Part shown: positions 1 through 9,768 of the stretch, piece after piece
How the letters are laid out: each line of letters begins with the position of its first letter
Position numbering within the stretch: the first letter of the stretch is position 1
Source: an uncultured Christensenellaceae bacterium
GTDB taxonomy: Bacteria > Bacillota > Clostridia > Christensenellales > SZUA-584
Direction of reading: 5' to 3'
Assembly: GCA_964441275.1 (NCBI GenBank)
Contig: CAYTUG010000010.1
Coordinates: 6,684-70,683, forward strand
DNA: 64,000 nt
The notes under the pieces: model-generated
Seen by the model: the letters and a program-made list of their open reading frames with translations, nothing else
The model's database searches: none
What the model was told of the DNA's origin: nothing
Made by a program: the position numbers and the translations under genes

Positions 1-2
1 AT

Positions 3-242
3 TTATACAGGTTAGCGGGCACTACCTGCCTTGCCGGCGACATAATAGGAGACTATTCGTTTGACTGCCCGCTCAAGCCGAATACCAAGCTGGTTTTTCT
101 CGATATGGCACATTACACAATGGTCAAAAACAACACGTTCAACGGAATGCCTTTGCCTGCGATTGCGCTTGCTTCAAAAACCGGAGAGGTAAAGATTATC
201 CGAGAGTTTGGATATGACGATTTTAAAAACCGGCTTTCGTAA
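3..242 (+). CDS. nspC: Carboxynorspermidine decarboxylase, 3' end (partial, runs off window start)
   Basis: Manual translation of frame 3: LYRLAGTTCLAGDIIGDYSF...DMAHYTMVKNNTFNGMPLP...FGYDDFKNRLS*. Matches the NspC C-terminal motifs. Confidence 0.85.
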   Translation, partial: LYRLAGTTCLAGDIIGDYSFDCPLKPNTKLVFLDMAHYTMVKNNTFNGMPLPAIALASKTGEVKIIREFGYDDFKNRLS

Positions 243-252
243 CAATTTTATT

Positions 253-284
253 AAAATGCGGCGCATTGCGAAGCCGCTTTTTTT
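253..284 (+). terminator. Intrinsic terminator after nspC
   Basis: GCGGC-loop-GCCGC stem followed by a run of Ts. Confidence 0.7.
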
Positions 285-343
285 ATGGTCACTTTCATGT
301 ATGGCAGAATAAAAAAGCCTAAAGCGGATATCCTTTTTATCAA

Positions 344-1837
344 ATGGCTATAAAGGAGAGGTCTGTTATTTTCCGTTTCATTAAAAAAGATATAAATAAA
401 GCCGGCAGGCAAAGTTCTAAAAACCAGATGGGCATACCCTGCAAAATCGAAGATTGTGAAAAGATGATTAAAAGCCTTTTTTGCAACAGCTTTGACGTTG
501 TTGTTGAACCGTTTGATACTGAAAAAGAGAAGGCCATGATTGTATTTATCGATGGGCTTGTTGATAAAGATTTGATAGACAGGGATGTTATAAAACCTTT
601 AAAAAGCTTGGACTTTAACGGTGATTTGAAAATTGCCTTTAAGACCGTTTACAGCGAATCACAAGACATAGCGCAAGTTGTTAAATGCATTTTGGCCGGT
701 TTTAGCGCGGTGTTTTATACGGGCGAAAGAAAAGCGTATCTGTTTGAGCTAAAACAGTGGAGTCAAAGGGCGGTTGACGAACCGGACGCCGAATCGGTTA
801 TTCGCGGGCCTAAAGAAGGGTTTACCGAAAATATAAGGACAAACACTTCGCTTATCAGAAGAAAGCTTAAAAACCAAAGGCTTGTAATAGAAAATAAAAT
901 TATCGGAAGACAAACGAGCACACCGGTTGAAATTTTGTACATTGACGGAATTGTAAACAGGCGCATATTGGACGAGATAAAAAAGCGGCTTGACAGCATC
1001 GATACAGATTTGATACTTGAGACGGGCGAGATAGAACAATATATATGCGAAAATAGTTTCAGTCCCCTTTCGGGAATAGGGCTGACTCAAAAACCGGACG
1101 TGGTAGCAAGCAAGATAGTTGAGGGGAGAATTGCCATACTTGTTGACGGTACGCCCCATGTGTTGACAGTGCCCGAACTGTTTATTGAAAACTTTCACAC
1201 CGCCGAGGATTATTACAACAGGCCGTTGTATGCGACTTTTATAAGATTGCTTAGGTTTGTTGCGCTGTTTATTACCGTACTGTTTCCCGGGCTATCGATA
1301 GCGATACTAACATTTCATCACGAGATGGTGCCCGATGTCTTTTTGTCGAGCGTTATCTCGGCATCTTTAAAAACGCCTATGCCGCTTATGGCGGAGGTAT
1401 TTTTGCTTACCCTTATGTTTGAGCTTTTGCGTGAGGCGGGCACCAGAATGCCCAAGGCGGTAGGCTCTGCAATAACCATAGTGGGTTCTTTAATAATTGG
1501 CGAAGCGGCGGTTAACGCCGCAATAGTCAGCGAGGCAATGGTTATCGTTGTAGCTCTTACAGCGGTTACAAGCTTTATGTTACCAAACCTTTTAGAGTTT
1601 AGCATAATATACAGAACGTTGTTTTGGATTTTGGGGGGCACCATGGGGCTTATCGGAATAGGCATGGGAATAATGGTTATGCTTACTCAGCTTGCTTCAA
1701 CCGATGCGTTCGGCGTGCCAATTCTCTCGTCTTTTTCAAGACAAGAATTAAAGGACAGTTTTATACGCGTTCAACTGAAAAATATGATATTTAGGCCTGT
1801 TTCAATAGTTAAAGACAACAGAAGGAGAAGGGGTTAA
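344..1837 (+). CDS. Spore germination receptor A subunit (GerA/GerKA family)
   Basis: EPDAESVIRGPKEGFTENIRTNTSLIRRKL, EGRIAILVDGTP and LREAGTRMPKAVGSAITIVG motifs; C-terminal TM region. Confidence 0.95.
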   Translation: MAIKERSVIFRFIKKDINKAGRQSSKNQMGIPCKIEDCEKMIKSLFCNSFDVVVEPFDTEKEKAMIVFIDGLVDKDLIDRDVIKPLKSLDFNGDLKIAFKTVYSESQDIAQVVKCILAGFSAVFYTGERKAYLFELKQWSQRAVDEPDAESVIRGPKEGFTENIRTNTSLIRRKLKNQRLVIENKIIGRQTSTPVEILYIDGIVNRRILDEIKKRLDSIDTDLILETGEIEQYICENSFSPLSGIGLTQKPDVVASKIVEGRIAILVDGTPHVLTVPELFIENFHTAEDYYNRPLYATFIRLLRFVALFITVLFPGLSIAILTFHHEMVPDVFLSSVISASLKTPMPLMAEVFLLTLMFELLREAGTRMPKAVGSAITIVGSLIIGEAAVNAAIVSEAMVIVVALTAVTSFMLPNLLEFSIIYRTLFWILGGTMGLIGIGMGIMVMLTQLASTDAFGVPILSSFSRQELKDSFIRVQLKNMIFRPVSIVKDNRRRRG

Positions 1838-3112
1838 GTGAAATCCGTTGCTGTTAAAATTATTGTAACTGTGCTTTGTATTGTATCTGTTTTTGCAGCC
1901 ACAGGATGCTGGAACAAACAAGAACCAAAGGATTTGGCGGTAGTTCATAGCGTAATATACGATATTGACGAGAACGGACAGATTGTTATGATAGCTGAAT
2001 TAATGAATCCGCAAGGCAAAAGCGGCGAGGACCGCGGGAGCGCAACCCAATTGGAAACAAAGCTTGTGGTTGAGGGAAAAGGCGATTCCGCACGGGAAGC
2101 CCTTGTCGATATTTCAAAGAGCGTTGAGAATTTCGTGTTTGGCGGGCATAATACTGTACGTTTTTTCAGCGAGAGATTTGCGAAAACCGAGATGGTTAAC
2201 GTGCTTGATTTTTTTGCTCGGAGCCGTGTTGCCGATGAGACGTCCGCAATGGTTGTTATAAAAGGCGAAACGCCCTACGATATTTATTTTAGCAAATCCG
2301 GATTTTCTAATATGGTGGGCGAATTTTTTGAGGATTTGGTAGAGACTCAGAAAGAACATACTTCAAAAGCCGTTTATGTTACTACGCTTGATTTTTTTAA
2401 AGATTATCTGACAGCGGGAAAACAACCGGTTGCCGGTTTGGTGAAAACGGTTGAGGAAAAGAAGGGCAAATCTGAAAGCAATCAAAAGGAAGACGGCACG
2501 CAGGGAATGGGGGGCGTGGGGCAACAAGAAGGCGAACAGCAATCCGGTGATCAGAAACAGGAAGAAAAAATAATTGTGTACGAAGGGCTTGCCGCTTTTA
2601 AGGACGGAAAACTTTGCGGTTTTTTAGATGGGGAAGAAGCAAGGGCATACAATATACTTGTTAATGAAATAGGCAATACATTTATATCCATACGCGCGGG
2701 AGACGGCAGAACAGTACTTAAAATTGAGCAATCGCAAGCAAATATAAAAGCTGCGCAAGAAGGCGACAGCGTTAAATTCTTCGTAAATATAGAGATGATA
2801 ACCAACATAATTGAACAAAGCAGTGCGTTGGACATTACCCGGGAGGAATCGGTTTTATTTGTACAAGATTGTTTTAACCAAGTTATGCGGCAACAGATAT
2901 CTGATGCAATATACAAAATACAACATGAGCTTAAAAGCGATATTGTCGGCTTTGGCAGACAGCTGCATACACAGTTTCCGGATAAATGGAGAGAGCTAAA
3001 AAATAACTGGAACGATTATTTTACAAGCGTTGATATCAGCGTGGCTGTGCAATCAACGGTTACCCGTTCGGGCCAAATAAAAAAACCTTTTAAAATGGGG
3101 ACAGAGCGATGA
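1838..3112 (+). CDS. Spore germination receptor C subunit, Ger(x)C lipoprotein
   Basis: Lipobox AATGC followed by WNKQE; GLAAFKDGKL and DIVGFGRQL motifs; adjacent to gerA. Confidence 0.92.
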   Translation: MKSVAVKIIVTVLCIVSVFAATGCWNKQEPKDLAVVHSVIYDIDENGQIVMIAELMNPQGKSGEDRGSATQLETKLVVEGKGDSAREALVDISKSVENFVFGGHNTVRFFSERFAKTEMVNVLDFFARSRVADETSAMVVIKGETPYDIYFSKSGFSNMVGEFFEDLVETQKEHTSKAVYVTTLDFFKDYLTAGKQPVAGLVKTVEEKKGKSESNQKEDGTQGMGGVGQQEGEQQSGDQKQEEKIIVYEGLAAFKDGKLCGFLDGEEARAYNILVNEIGNTFISIRAGDGRTVLKIEQSQANIKAAQEGDSVKFFVNIEMITNIIEQSSALDITREESVLFVQDCFNQVMRQQISDAIYKIQHELKSDIVGFGRQLHTQFPDKWRELKNNWNDYFTSVDISVAVQSTVTRSGQIKKPFKMGTER

Positions 3113-4257
3113 ATGTAAAACCCAAAATTACTTCAATGCAGCTTTTGCTTTTGGCGGTAGGCAGCGCATTAGTATTTCCGTACACATTTTTACCTATAGT
3201 TAACAGCCCCCCCGCCAATCAAGACGCTTGGATTGTGCTTGTTATTTCTTACGTGTATGTATTTTTATTAAACCTTCCCGCTTTGATATTGATGAACAAG
3301 TTCAGGGGGGTTAACATGATTCAGTCTACCGAAATAGTATTAGGCAAACTATTGGCTAAAATAATAATTGTCCCGATTGTTATATTTACAATATTTTGTT
3401 ACGTTGCGTGTTCTCTGATAACGTTATGCTTTATGGACTTGTACGTCTTGCCGGATGTGCCTATGTGGGCGGTGATGCTGTTTATGGTTATACCCACATT
3501 ATATGCGGCGTACAAAGGAATAGGAACGATGGCAAGGGTGAGCAATTTTATTGTGCCTTTTGCGCTGGCAACAGTAGTAGTGTTTTTTTTACTTGGTTTG
3601 AAGGACATGGATTTGCATAATCTTGAGCCGGTTTTAGCCGATTCAAATTTTATTGAAATTAATTTAGGCGCTTTTCTTACTGCGGCGCGTTATTCTGAAA
3701 TTATAATTTTATGGGTATTTTCATATTATCTTGTTAAGAATGCGAGCATAAACAAAGTATACGCAAAAGCGCTGACGACATTCGGAATTGTATTTATGCT
3801 TATCGTGATATCGGTAATAACCGTGCTTGGCGTAGAATATGCCAAACTTGCATGGAGCCCGTACTATATCTTTACTCGTCAGCTAAAGGCGTTTGATTTT
3901 ATCCAGCGGATGCATTCTTTTAATATACTTGCGTGGTTTCCCGTTACGCTTTTGAAGCTAACAATTTACATGTACATAGGCAGCGAACTGTTAGCGGGTA
4001 TTTTTAAGGCAAAATCGCATAAACCTTTCATATTTCCCATAGCTGTAATAGGTTATGTTTTTGCGGTAATTCCTCAGATTAACAGGTCAATTGTAATAGA
4101 CGCTATCCGCTCAGATGAGGTGTTCCCGTTTTTTATCATACCCGTGATTTTTATTATTCCGGTAATCATTTTAGCGGTATATTTGTTTAGAAAGAAAAAA
4201 GTGGATGCGGCGTTAAAAGAAGTTCTTGCCGCTAAGGCGCATGAAGATAATGAATAG
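3109..4257 (+). CDS. Spore germination receptor B subunit (GerAB/APC-like permease)
   Basis: About 10 hydrophobic segments, QDAWI and FDFIQRM motifs; overlaps gerC stop (A-C-B order). Confidence 0.9.
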   Translation: MNVKPKITSMQLLLLAVGSALVFPYTFLPIVNSPPANQDAWIVLVISYVYVFLLNLPALILMNKFRGVNMIQSTEIVLGKLLAKIIIVPIVIFTIFCYVACSLITLCFMDLYVLPDVPMWAVMLFMVIPTLYAAYKGIGTMARVSNFIVPFALATVVVFFLLGLKDMDLHNLEPVLADSNFIEINLGAFLTAARYSEIIILWVFSYYLVKNASINKVYAKALTTFGIVFMLIVISVITVLGVEYAKLAWSPYYIFTRQLKAFDFIQRMHSFNILAWFPVTLLKLTIYMYIGSELLAGIFKAKSHKPFIFPIAVIGYVFAVIPQINRSIVIDAIRSDEVFPFFIIPVIFIIPVIILAVYLFRKKKVDAALKEVLAAKAHEDNE

Positions 4258-4369
4258 ATAAAAAGCATTAATGTTTTGCGATTTGATTTAACAGTTGTTT
4301 GACAGGTATATTATAAGCCGTTTTGAGAAAATATATAATTTATCAAAGTTAATCAGGGAGGCCAAACAA

Positions 4370-4639
4370 ATGGGAATAATATCGTGGATAATATTAGGAG
4401 GGCTTGCCGGATGGGTTGCAAGCATGATAACAAGAAACAACCCGTCGATGGGCGCGTTTGCTAATGTTTTGGTGGGCATAATAGGGGCGTTTATTGGAGG
4501 CCTTGTAATGAACCTTATAGGAGCTAAGGCGGACATTACCGGGTTTAATGTTGAAAGCTTTTTAGTTGCGCTGCTTGGTTCAGTAATCTTTTTAGCATTA
4601 ATTAATCTGATTCGCAAGGGAAGCGTGCAGGCAAAGTAA
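4370..4639 (+). CDS. GlsB/YeaQ/YmgE family small membrane stress protein
   Basis: MGIISWIILGGLAGWVASMI...VGIIGAFIGG. Start moved to ATG 4370 behind an AGGGAGG RBS. Confidence 0.9.
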   Translation: MGIISWIILGGLAGWVASMITRNNPSMGAFANVLVGIIGAFIGGLVMNLIGAKADITGFNVESFLVALLGSVIFLALINLIRKGSVQAK

Positions 4640-4760
4640 AAAGCAGCTTGCATTTATGCCGTGCAAAAATGGGATTTGTTTTTTGTGACTGACGGTTTTG
4701 TAAACTGGGAGCCTTCAAGATTTCGCATCGCTTAAAACGCGGGCATGATTTTTCGCCGTG

Positions 4761-5960
4761 CTATTTTGCATGGCTTTTCCAGATTCCGCGGCAAATAAAT
4801 GCCGTTATTACCGAGCTGACAACCGCTGCGCTAAAAACAATCAACACTATTTCGGACAGCGTTATTGGCGGGGTGTCAAGAGCCTTAGCACGCAGCAATG
4901 CGGCCGAGATCGTATCTTCCAAATCTGCCGCAAAATCGGACGGCGCAGCATTTTCCGTATCGGTAATCAATTGCGAAGAAAGAAAGTAGCTTGAACAATG
5001 CTCTATGTTGAAAGAAGCATATCCGTTTTCATCCACAGCCGTTTTATCCTTCATTTCTATTAATCCGGCCGGCTTAACGTAATGATAAAGGTACAGCACA
5101 TCCCCGAAGTCATGCTTGCTTGTGCGAAAGCTTATTGTTATGCCAAAGGGAAGAGCGCCGCAGTGTGAGAAGTGGATTTGATAATCGTCTAAATTGTTTG
5201 ACGCATCTGAAATCAAAGCCAACTTAGACACAGATGCGGACAGGTCCAATTGCGGAAAATTTTCCGGAATATCTATTATGCTGTTTCCGTCAACTGTGCA
5301 AATATAGTCTCCAAAATCTATATTTAGGATTGCCCCTTTTTGTTTTAATTCCAATAGGTCATCCTTAGACAGATACGATAGCTGTTCGGCGCAAAGATTT
5401 ATAACGCCGCCGGCGGCAACAGATTCAAGCCCGCCCGGCAAACTTTCCGTGTTAGATGATTGAGGGGAATCTATTGAGTCTAAGGAGGTTTGAGAAGCTT
5501 TTTTCGCTTTGGCGCTTTTGCTTTGTTTTGAATCAGACTTCTTTGCCACGGTTGCGATTAGCTCTTTTTTAATAGTGCCGGATTTAGGGTTGTACTCTTC
5601 GTCAACTTCCTGATAAGTGATTTTGACAGTTATTTTGCCGGTTTGACCCGGCTGGGCGTCGCTTTTCACCCGTACCTTAACTGTTTTTGAATAAGTTGCG
5701 CTGTTGCAGCTGCCGCTTATTGCGAGTTCGATTATTTCTCCGCCCGAACAGATTTCAAATACTCCGTCTGCAGTTACTTTCGCGTTGCCTTCTATACAGG
5801 ATGAAAAAGATACGGTGTAGTTGTATGAATAAGTTTCGCCCGCGAAAACTTCGGAAGCACCTTTTATTTTAGCAGTTGCGCCCGCTAAAGCAGGCGTAAC
5901 GCAAAACAAGAAGACAATAATGACGACAAGCGTCAATACCCCTAAAAAACGCTTAACCAT
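4761..5960 (-). CDS. Secreted, C-terminally membrane-anchored surface protein with an N-terminal beta-sandwich (Ig/cohesin-like) domain
   Basis: Signal peptide, beta-rich domain, K/S-rich linker, HCSSY-type motif, C-terminal TM helix. Function unknown. Confidence 0.6.
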   Translation of the reverse strand: MVKRFLGVLTLVVIIVFLFCVTPALAGATAKIKGASEVFAGETYSYNYTVSFSSCIEGNAKVTADGVFEICSGGEIIELAISGSCNSATYSKTVKVRVKSDAQPGQTGKITVKITYQEVDEEYNPKSGTIKKELIATVAKKSDSKQSKSAKAKKASQTSLDSIDSPQSSNTESLPGGLESVAAGGVINLCAEQLSYLSKDDLLELKQKGAILNIDFGDYICTVDGNSIIDIPENFPQLDLSASVSKLALISDASNNLDDYQIHFSHCGALPFGITISFRTSKHDFGDVLYLYHYVKPAGLIEMKDKTAVDENGYASFNIEHCSSYFLSSQLITDTENAAPSDFAADLEDTISAALLRAKALDTPPITLSEIVLIVFSAAVVSSVITAFICRGIWKSHAK

Positions 5961-6193
5961 TATATTAACCCCTATTTAATTATTATTGAGTCTCAAAGTG
6001 GTTTTAGAGAACATTGGCTGCGACTGAAATCTGTTAACAAACTGCTGGTGATTAGCGTATTTTTATATTGGTGCGTATTCCGTATAGAGTGACAAGACGG
6101 CGGCAACCAATATAAATTAAGAAATAGCGTTTTACAAACTGTTAAATTTATTTTTACATGACAACAAACATTTGTCAACAATAATATTGTGTT

Positions 6194-8092
6194 TTAATCC
6201 AATTTAACGTAAGAGGAGCTGATATACGCGGCAGCTCCGCCGTAGTTGATTTTATGCCAACCCGATGCCGCATTTTTTTGGGTAACCTGTATACGCGCGC
6301 CGTCGGGTAATGCGCCAATAATATTTGAATCGCTCGATGAGCTTGCGCTGCTTCTGATATTAACCAGCCTTGAGCCGTACACTGCAGCGTTGGTAGGGAC
6401 ATAGGGCGCGCCATTGATAATATTCCTAAGATTAAGTATATGAAGCCGGACCATTGTGTAATCGGTAATGTCAATTACCCCGTCTTGATTGACGTCTGCC
6501 TTGGCAAGATCGTCTCCTTTTAACATTTTCAACTCAAGAATATGAAGCCGGATAGCTGTGTAATCGCTGATGTCAATTACCCCGTCGTTGTTTGCATCGC
6601 CGAGCATTATGTCGCTTTCGAAAAAGGGCGTCAGCTTCGGGGGAGCGATTGTAGGCTCATTAGCGATGTGCGTTCCCTCAAAATAGAACAGCAAGATATC
6701 TTCAAAGTTTTGCCCGCCGCCGCCTTTGTCCACCGATTTTGCCCGCTGTTGTGCGCCTCGTTGGCTCAGGCCGATTCCATGACCGTAACGCCTGCGGTAT
6801 AACCGAAATTCCGTATCGGTTTCTTCTGCTGTAAGTATGCGCAGATTAGTTGACGAGAAAACACAGTATTCTCCGCCCGCATTTTGCAGTTCGTGCATAT
6901 TAATATCGAAATTAACAGTGTCTGGCGCCGGCGTTTCGTTGCGGTTATCGAGAAACCTCATTGTAATATTAGCCATCTTAAAGTCGGGACATAAATTTTG
7001 GCCGCTGTAATCATTGCACACCCCGTGCTGCCCGTCATAAGTGTGCGTTGTAAAGCTGTCAAAACCAAGTATATCGATTTTATTCAAATCTTTTGCGGAG
7101 ATTTTGGGGAACGCTGAGGTTTTTAGCAATTTTTCAATTTTTGCGCGCCTATCCGCAGCATCGGCAGGCACTGTCATTTTGCCGTAATTGCCGCTTGAAT
7201 ATTGTATCTTAGCGTCTGCCGTAATTGTTTTGGGAAATACTATTAAGTTTTGCAGGCTTGACGGATTAATAATATCAAACTCGTCGTATTTAATTATGTG
7301 GTACGGCTTTAAAGGCGCGGTTGCAGTCCACGAATGTTGGGGAATATCAGTCCACCCGCCGTTGGATGCGGCATAATAACCCTCTACGTATTCAATTTTT
7401 GTGCTGCCCGATTTTTCGTATTCGCATTTTAAAACCATACCTTTGGTTTCATCAACAGCCATATTGGCATTTTTGTACGATGGGGTGTAGCCTTTGAATA
7501 CCTGATGAGACGATGTGTCGTTTATATCGTACAATGCGGACGCCGATGCGGTTGAAATTTTGTTTACCGCATATGTGCGCGCACATATTGCCTGCGCCTT
7601 CAACGCTTCCAGCGGAAAACTATCGGACATTTCGTGCGGCACCACGCCATAGAGATATTCTTCGGTATACAGGTGGTTGATAAGGACGATTTTATTGCTG
7701 TCACAGCGGATTTGAAAATCGCCAAGGTAAGCGCACCAGCCGTTGCGCGAATTGTTGTGCCAGATAAAATTGTTAAGGCCTTCGGTTGCAACGTGCCGGA
7801 CAAGCATAATGTTCGCCGCTGAAACTATTGCGGTTGTCTCTTTGGCTCGATATAGTGAAACCTTGGAATTTTTTATTTTTGCAGTGTATAAATCGCGCGC
7901 GAGGGGTATGCCGTTTATGCTGTAGTTGCCGTCAACATAAAACTTAATCTGGGTGCAGCCGGAAGGCACGGATAACAACACGCGGATTTTAGCAAAATCC
8001 TTGCTGCCCGCATACGAAGGCGAAGACGCTGCAAAAAATGCGGTAAAAACTATTAATATAGATAGCGAAAAAACGGCAATTCTTCTTTTCAC
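6194..8092 (-). CDS. SpoIID/LytB-domain peptidoglycan hydrolase with dockerin and C-terminal SH3b domains
   Basis: YLYGVVPHEM..EALKAQAICARTY and HGIGLSQRGA (SpoIID); duplicated DxNxDGVIDIxDY (dockerin); VNIRSSASS...WHKINYGG.AYISSSYV (SH3b). Confidence 0.88.
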   Translation of the reverse strand: MKRRIAVFSLSILIVFTAFFAASSPSYAGSKDFAKIRVLLSVPSGCTQIKFYVDGNYSINGIPLARDLYTAKIKNSKVSLYRAKETTAIVSAANIMLVRHVATEGLNNFIWHNNSRNGWCAYLGDFQIRCDSNKIVLINHLYTEEYLYGVVPHEMSDSFPLEALKAQAICARTYAVNKISTASASALYDINDTSSHQVFKGYTPSYKNANMAVDETKGMVLKCEYEKSGSTKIEYVEGYYAASNGGWTDIPQHSWTATAPLKPYHIIKYDEFDIINPSSLQNLIVFPKTITADAKIQYSSGNYGKMTVPADAADRRAKIEKLLKTSAFPKISAKDLNKIDILGFDSFTTHTYDGQHGVCNDYSGQNLCPDFKMANITMRFLDNRNETPAPDTVNFDINMHELQNAGGEYCVFSSTNLRILTAEETDTEFRLYRRRYGHGIGLSQRGAQQRAKSVDKGGGGQNFEDILLFYFEGTHIANEPTIAPPKLTPFFESDIMLGDANNDGVIDISDYTAIRLHILELKMLKGDDLAKADVNQDGVIDITDYTMVRLHILNLRNIINGAPYVPTNAAVYGSRLVNIRSSASSSSDSNIIGALPDGARIQVTQKNAASGWHKINYGGAAAYISSSYVKLD

Positions 8093-8351
8093 TGCGGCTC
8101 CTTAGTGTACGGTTGCATTTTGTAATAAGAAAGTAATAATATCTTTAGTAACATATATCATATATCACACAAAAAGTATAGACAAAAACGGAAAAATGAA
8201 AATATCCGAAGATATTGTTAGCTTATGCGCCGTGCAAACGTATTCTGATAAAACGGGCGGTATTGCAACACTTAATATGTTAATGATAAAAGCTGACAAC
8301 ATAATTTTTAGGTGATATACTTTAACAAAAGGCTGTGTTTGGGAGAAAGAT

Positions 8352-9374
8352 ATGAAAAACAAACTTACGGTTGCGGTTTTGGGTGCGGGGGCGATTGGAG
8401 GCATAACGGCGGCTTATTTAAAACGTGCAGGCTACGACGTAACGTTAGTGTGCAAGCACGAACAAAAAGCAGAGCAAATAAAAACTAAGGGTTTGCACAT
8501 TGTCGGAGTGCGCGGAGAGCATTACGTAAAAATGAATGCCGTAGCGAAAGCGGAACAGCTGTCCGGCAAAAAGGATTTGGTGCTTATCGTTACCAAGGCA
8601 TATGACATGCCGGACGCTGCAAACAGTATAATGGGCTTTCTAAAAGAAGACAGCCTTGTTGTTTCCATGCAAAATGGCATTTGTGTTGAAGCGCTTGCCG
8701 ATATTGTAGGGGATAACCGCGCGGTTGGGTGCGTTGTGGGCTGGGGCTCAACAATGCTTGAGGACGGTACGCTGAACATGACGTCCGAAGGCGATTTTGT
8801 TATAGGCGGATTTCTGCCAAACTTGGATGTCAGCGCGATAAAACAAGCATTAGACAACGTTGTGCCTGTGCGCATTTCAGATAACATTATAGCGGATCTT
8901 TATTCCAAAATGATAGTTAACGCTTGCATTACTTCCCTCGGCGTTTTGAGCGGGTTAAATCTTGGCAAAATACTAAAAAAAAGAGCGGCGCGCAATATTT
9001 TTATATCTATTATCCGCGAGGCTGTGCAGGTTGCTGATGCGATGGGGCTTAGAATAAAACCATTTGGGGGAAAGCTTGATTATTATAAACTAACCAGAGG
9101 AAGCGGCAGTCTTGCCGGTATTAAAAGGCATGCGCTGATAAGAATTATCGGCTTTAAATACAGGAGGTTAAAATCGTCAAGCCTGCAGGCGTTAGAACGC
9201 GGCAAGCCCACGGAAGTGGATTATTTCAACGGATACATTGCCGCTAAGGGCGAGCAATACGGAATTAGCACCCCCGTGAATGCCCGCATTGTGCAGATGA
9301 TTAAAGAGATAGAAAACAAAAAGCGCGCTATAGGCGTAAGCAATATATTTGACGGAGAACTTTTGCGTAGATAA
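8352..9374 (+). CDS. panE: 2-dehydropantoate 2-reductase (ketopantoate reductase family)
   Basis: GAGAIGG Rossmann motif, LIVTKAYD, SMQNG, SKMIVNA, SSLQALERGKPTEVDYFNG. Confidence 0.88.
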   Translation: MKNKLTVAVLGAGAIGGITAAYLKRAGYDVTLVCKHEQKAEQIKTKGLHIVGVRGEHYVKMNAVAKAEQLSGKKDLVLIVTKAYDMPDAANSIMGFLKEDSLVVSMQNGICVEALADIVGDNRAVGCVVGWGSTMLEDGTLNMTSEGDFVIGGFLPNLDVSAIKQALDNVVPVRISDNIIADLYSKMIVNACITSLGVLSGLNLGKILKKRAARNIFISIIREAVQVADAMGLRIKPFGGKLDYYKLTRGSGSLAGIKRHALIRIIGFKYRRLKSSSLQALERGKPTEVDYFNGYIAAKGEQYGISTPVNARIVQMIKEIENKKRAIGVSNIFDGELLRR

Positions 9375-9470
9375 AACCTGTTGCAATGTCACCGGCGAAT
9401 ACCGGCGCAAATCATAGCTCATTTTTATAGCTTTTAGACGTTACAACAGTTATATTGCGGCAAGTAAACT

Positions 9471-9513
9471 TTGAGCGATTATGAGTGCGGCTTTATTTGA
9501 CAATAACCATAAT
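9471..9513 (+). promoter_or_regulatory. Putative activator-dependent late promoter of the phage structural operon
   Basis: Tandem TTGAGCG/ATGAGTG with 10-bp period (9471, 9481) and a CATAAT -10-like hexamer at 9508-9513; similar motif upstream of the holin. Confidence 0.4.
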
Positions 9514-9567
9514 AAATGAATGGGCGTAAAGAAACGCCTATTTTTGTTGTCGAAGGAGGAAATTATA

Positions 9568-9768
9568 ATGCTTATAAATATTGTAACCGCATCGGTTACG
9601 TTTGCCGGCACCTGCGCGCTTTGTATTGCGTGTTACTTAAAAGGAAAAAAAGCCGGCAAAAAAATTGCCGGCACAACAACAGCCGTACAAGAACAGCAAG
9701 AGCAAAACGCGTTGATGAAAAAATATGAGACCATAATAGGTTATGACCCTTACGGTGAAAACATATGA
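9568..9768 (+). CDS. Small membrane-anchored phage protein preceding the portal
   Basis: 66 aa from ATG 9568 behind GAAGGAGGA; N-terminal hydrophobic helix; stop overlaps the portal start. Confidence 0.7.
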   Translation: MLINIVTASVTFAGTCALCIACYLKGKKAGKKIAGTTTAVQEQQEQNALMKKYETIIGYDPYGENI

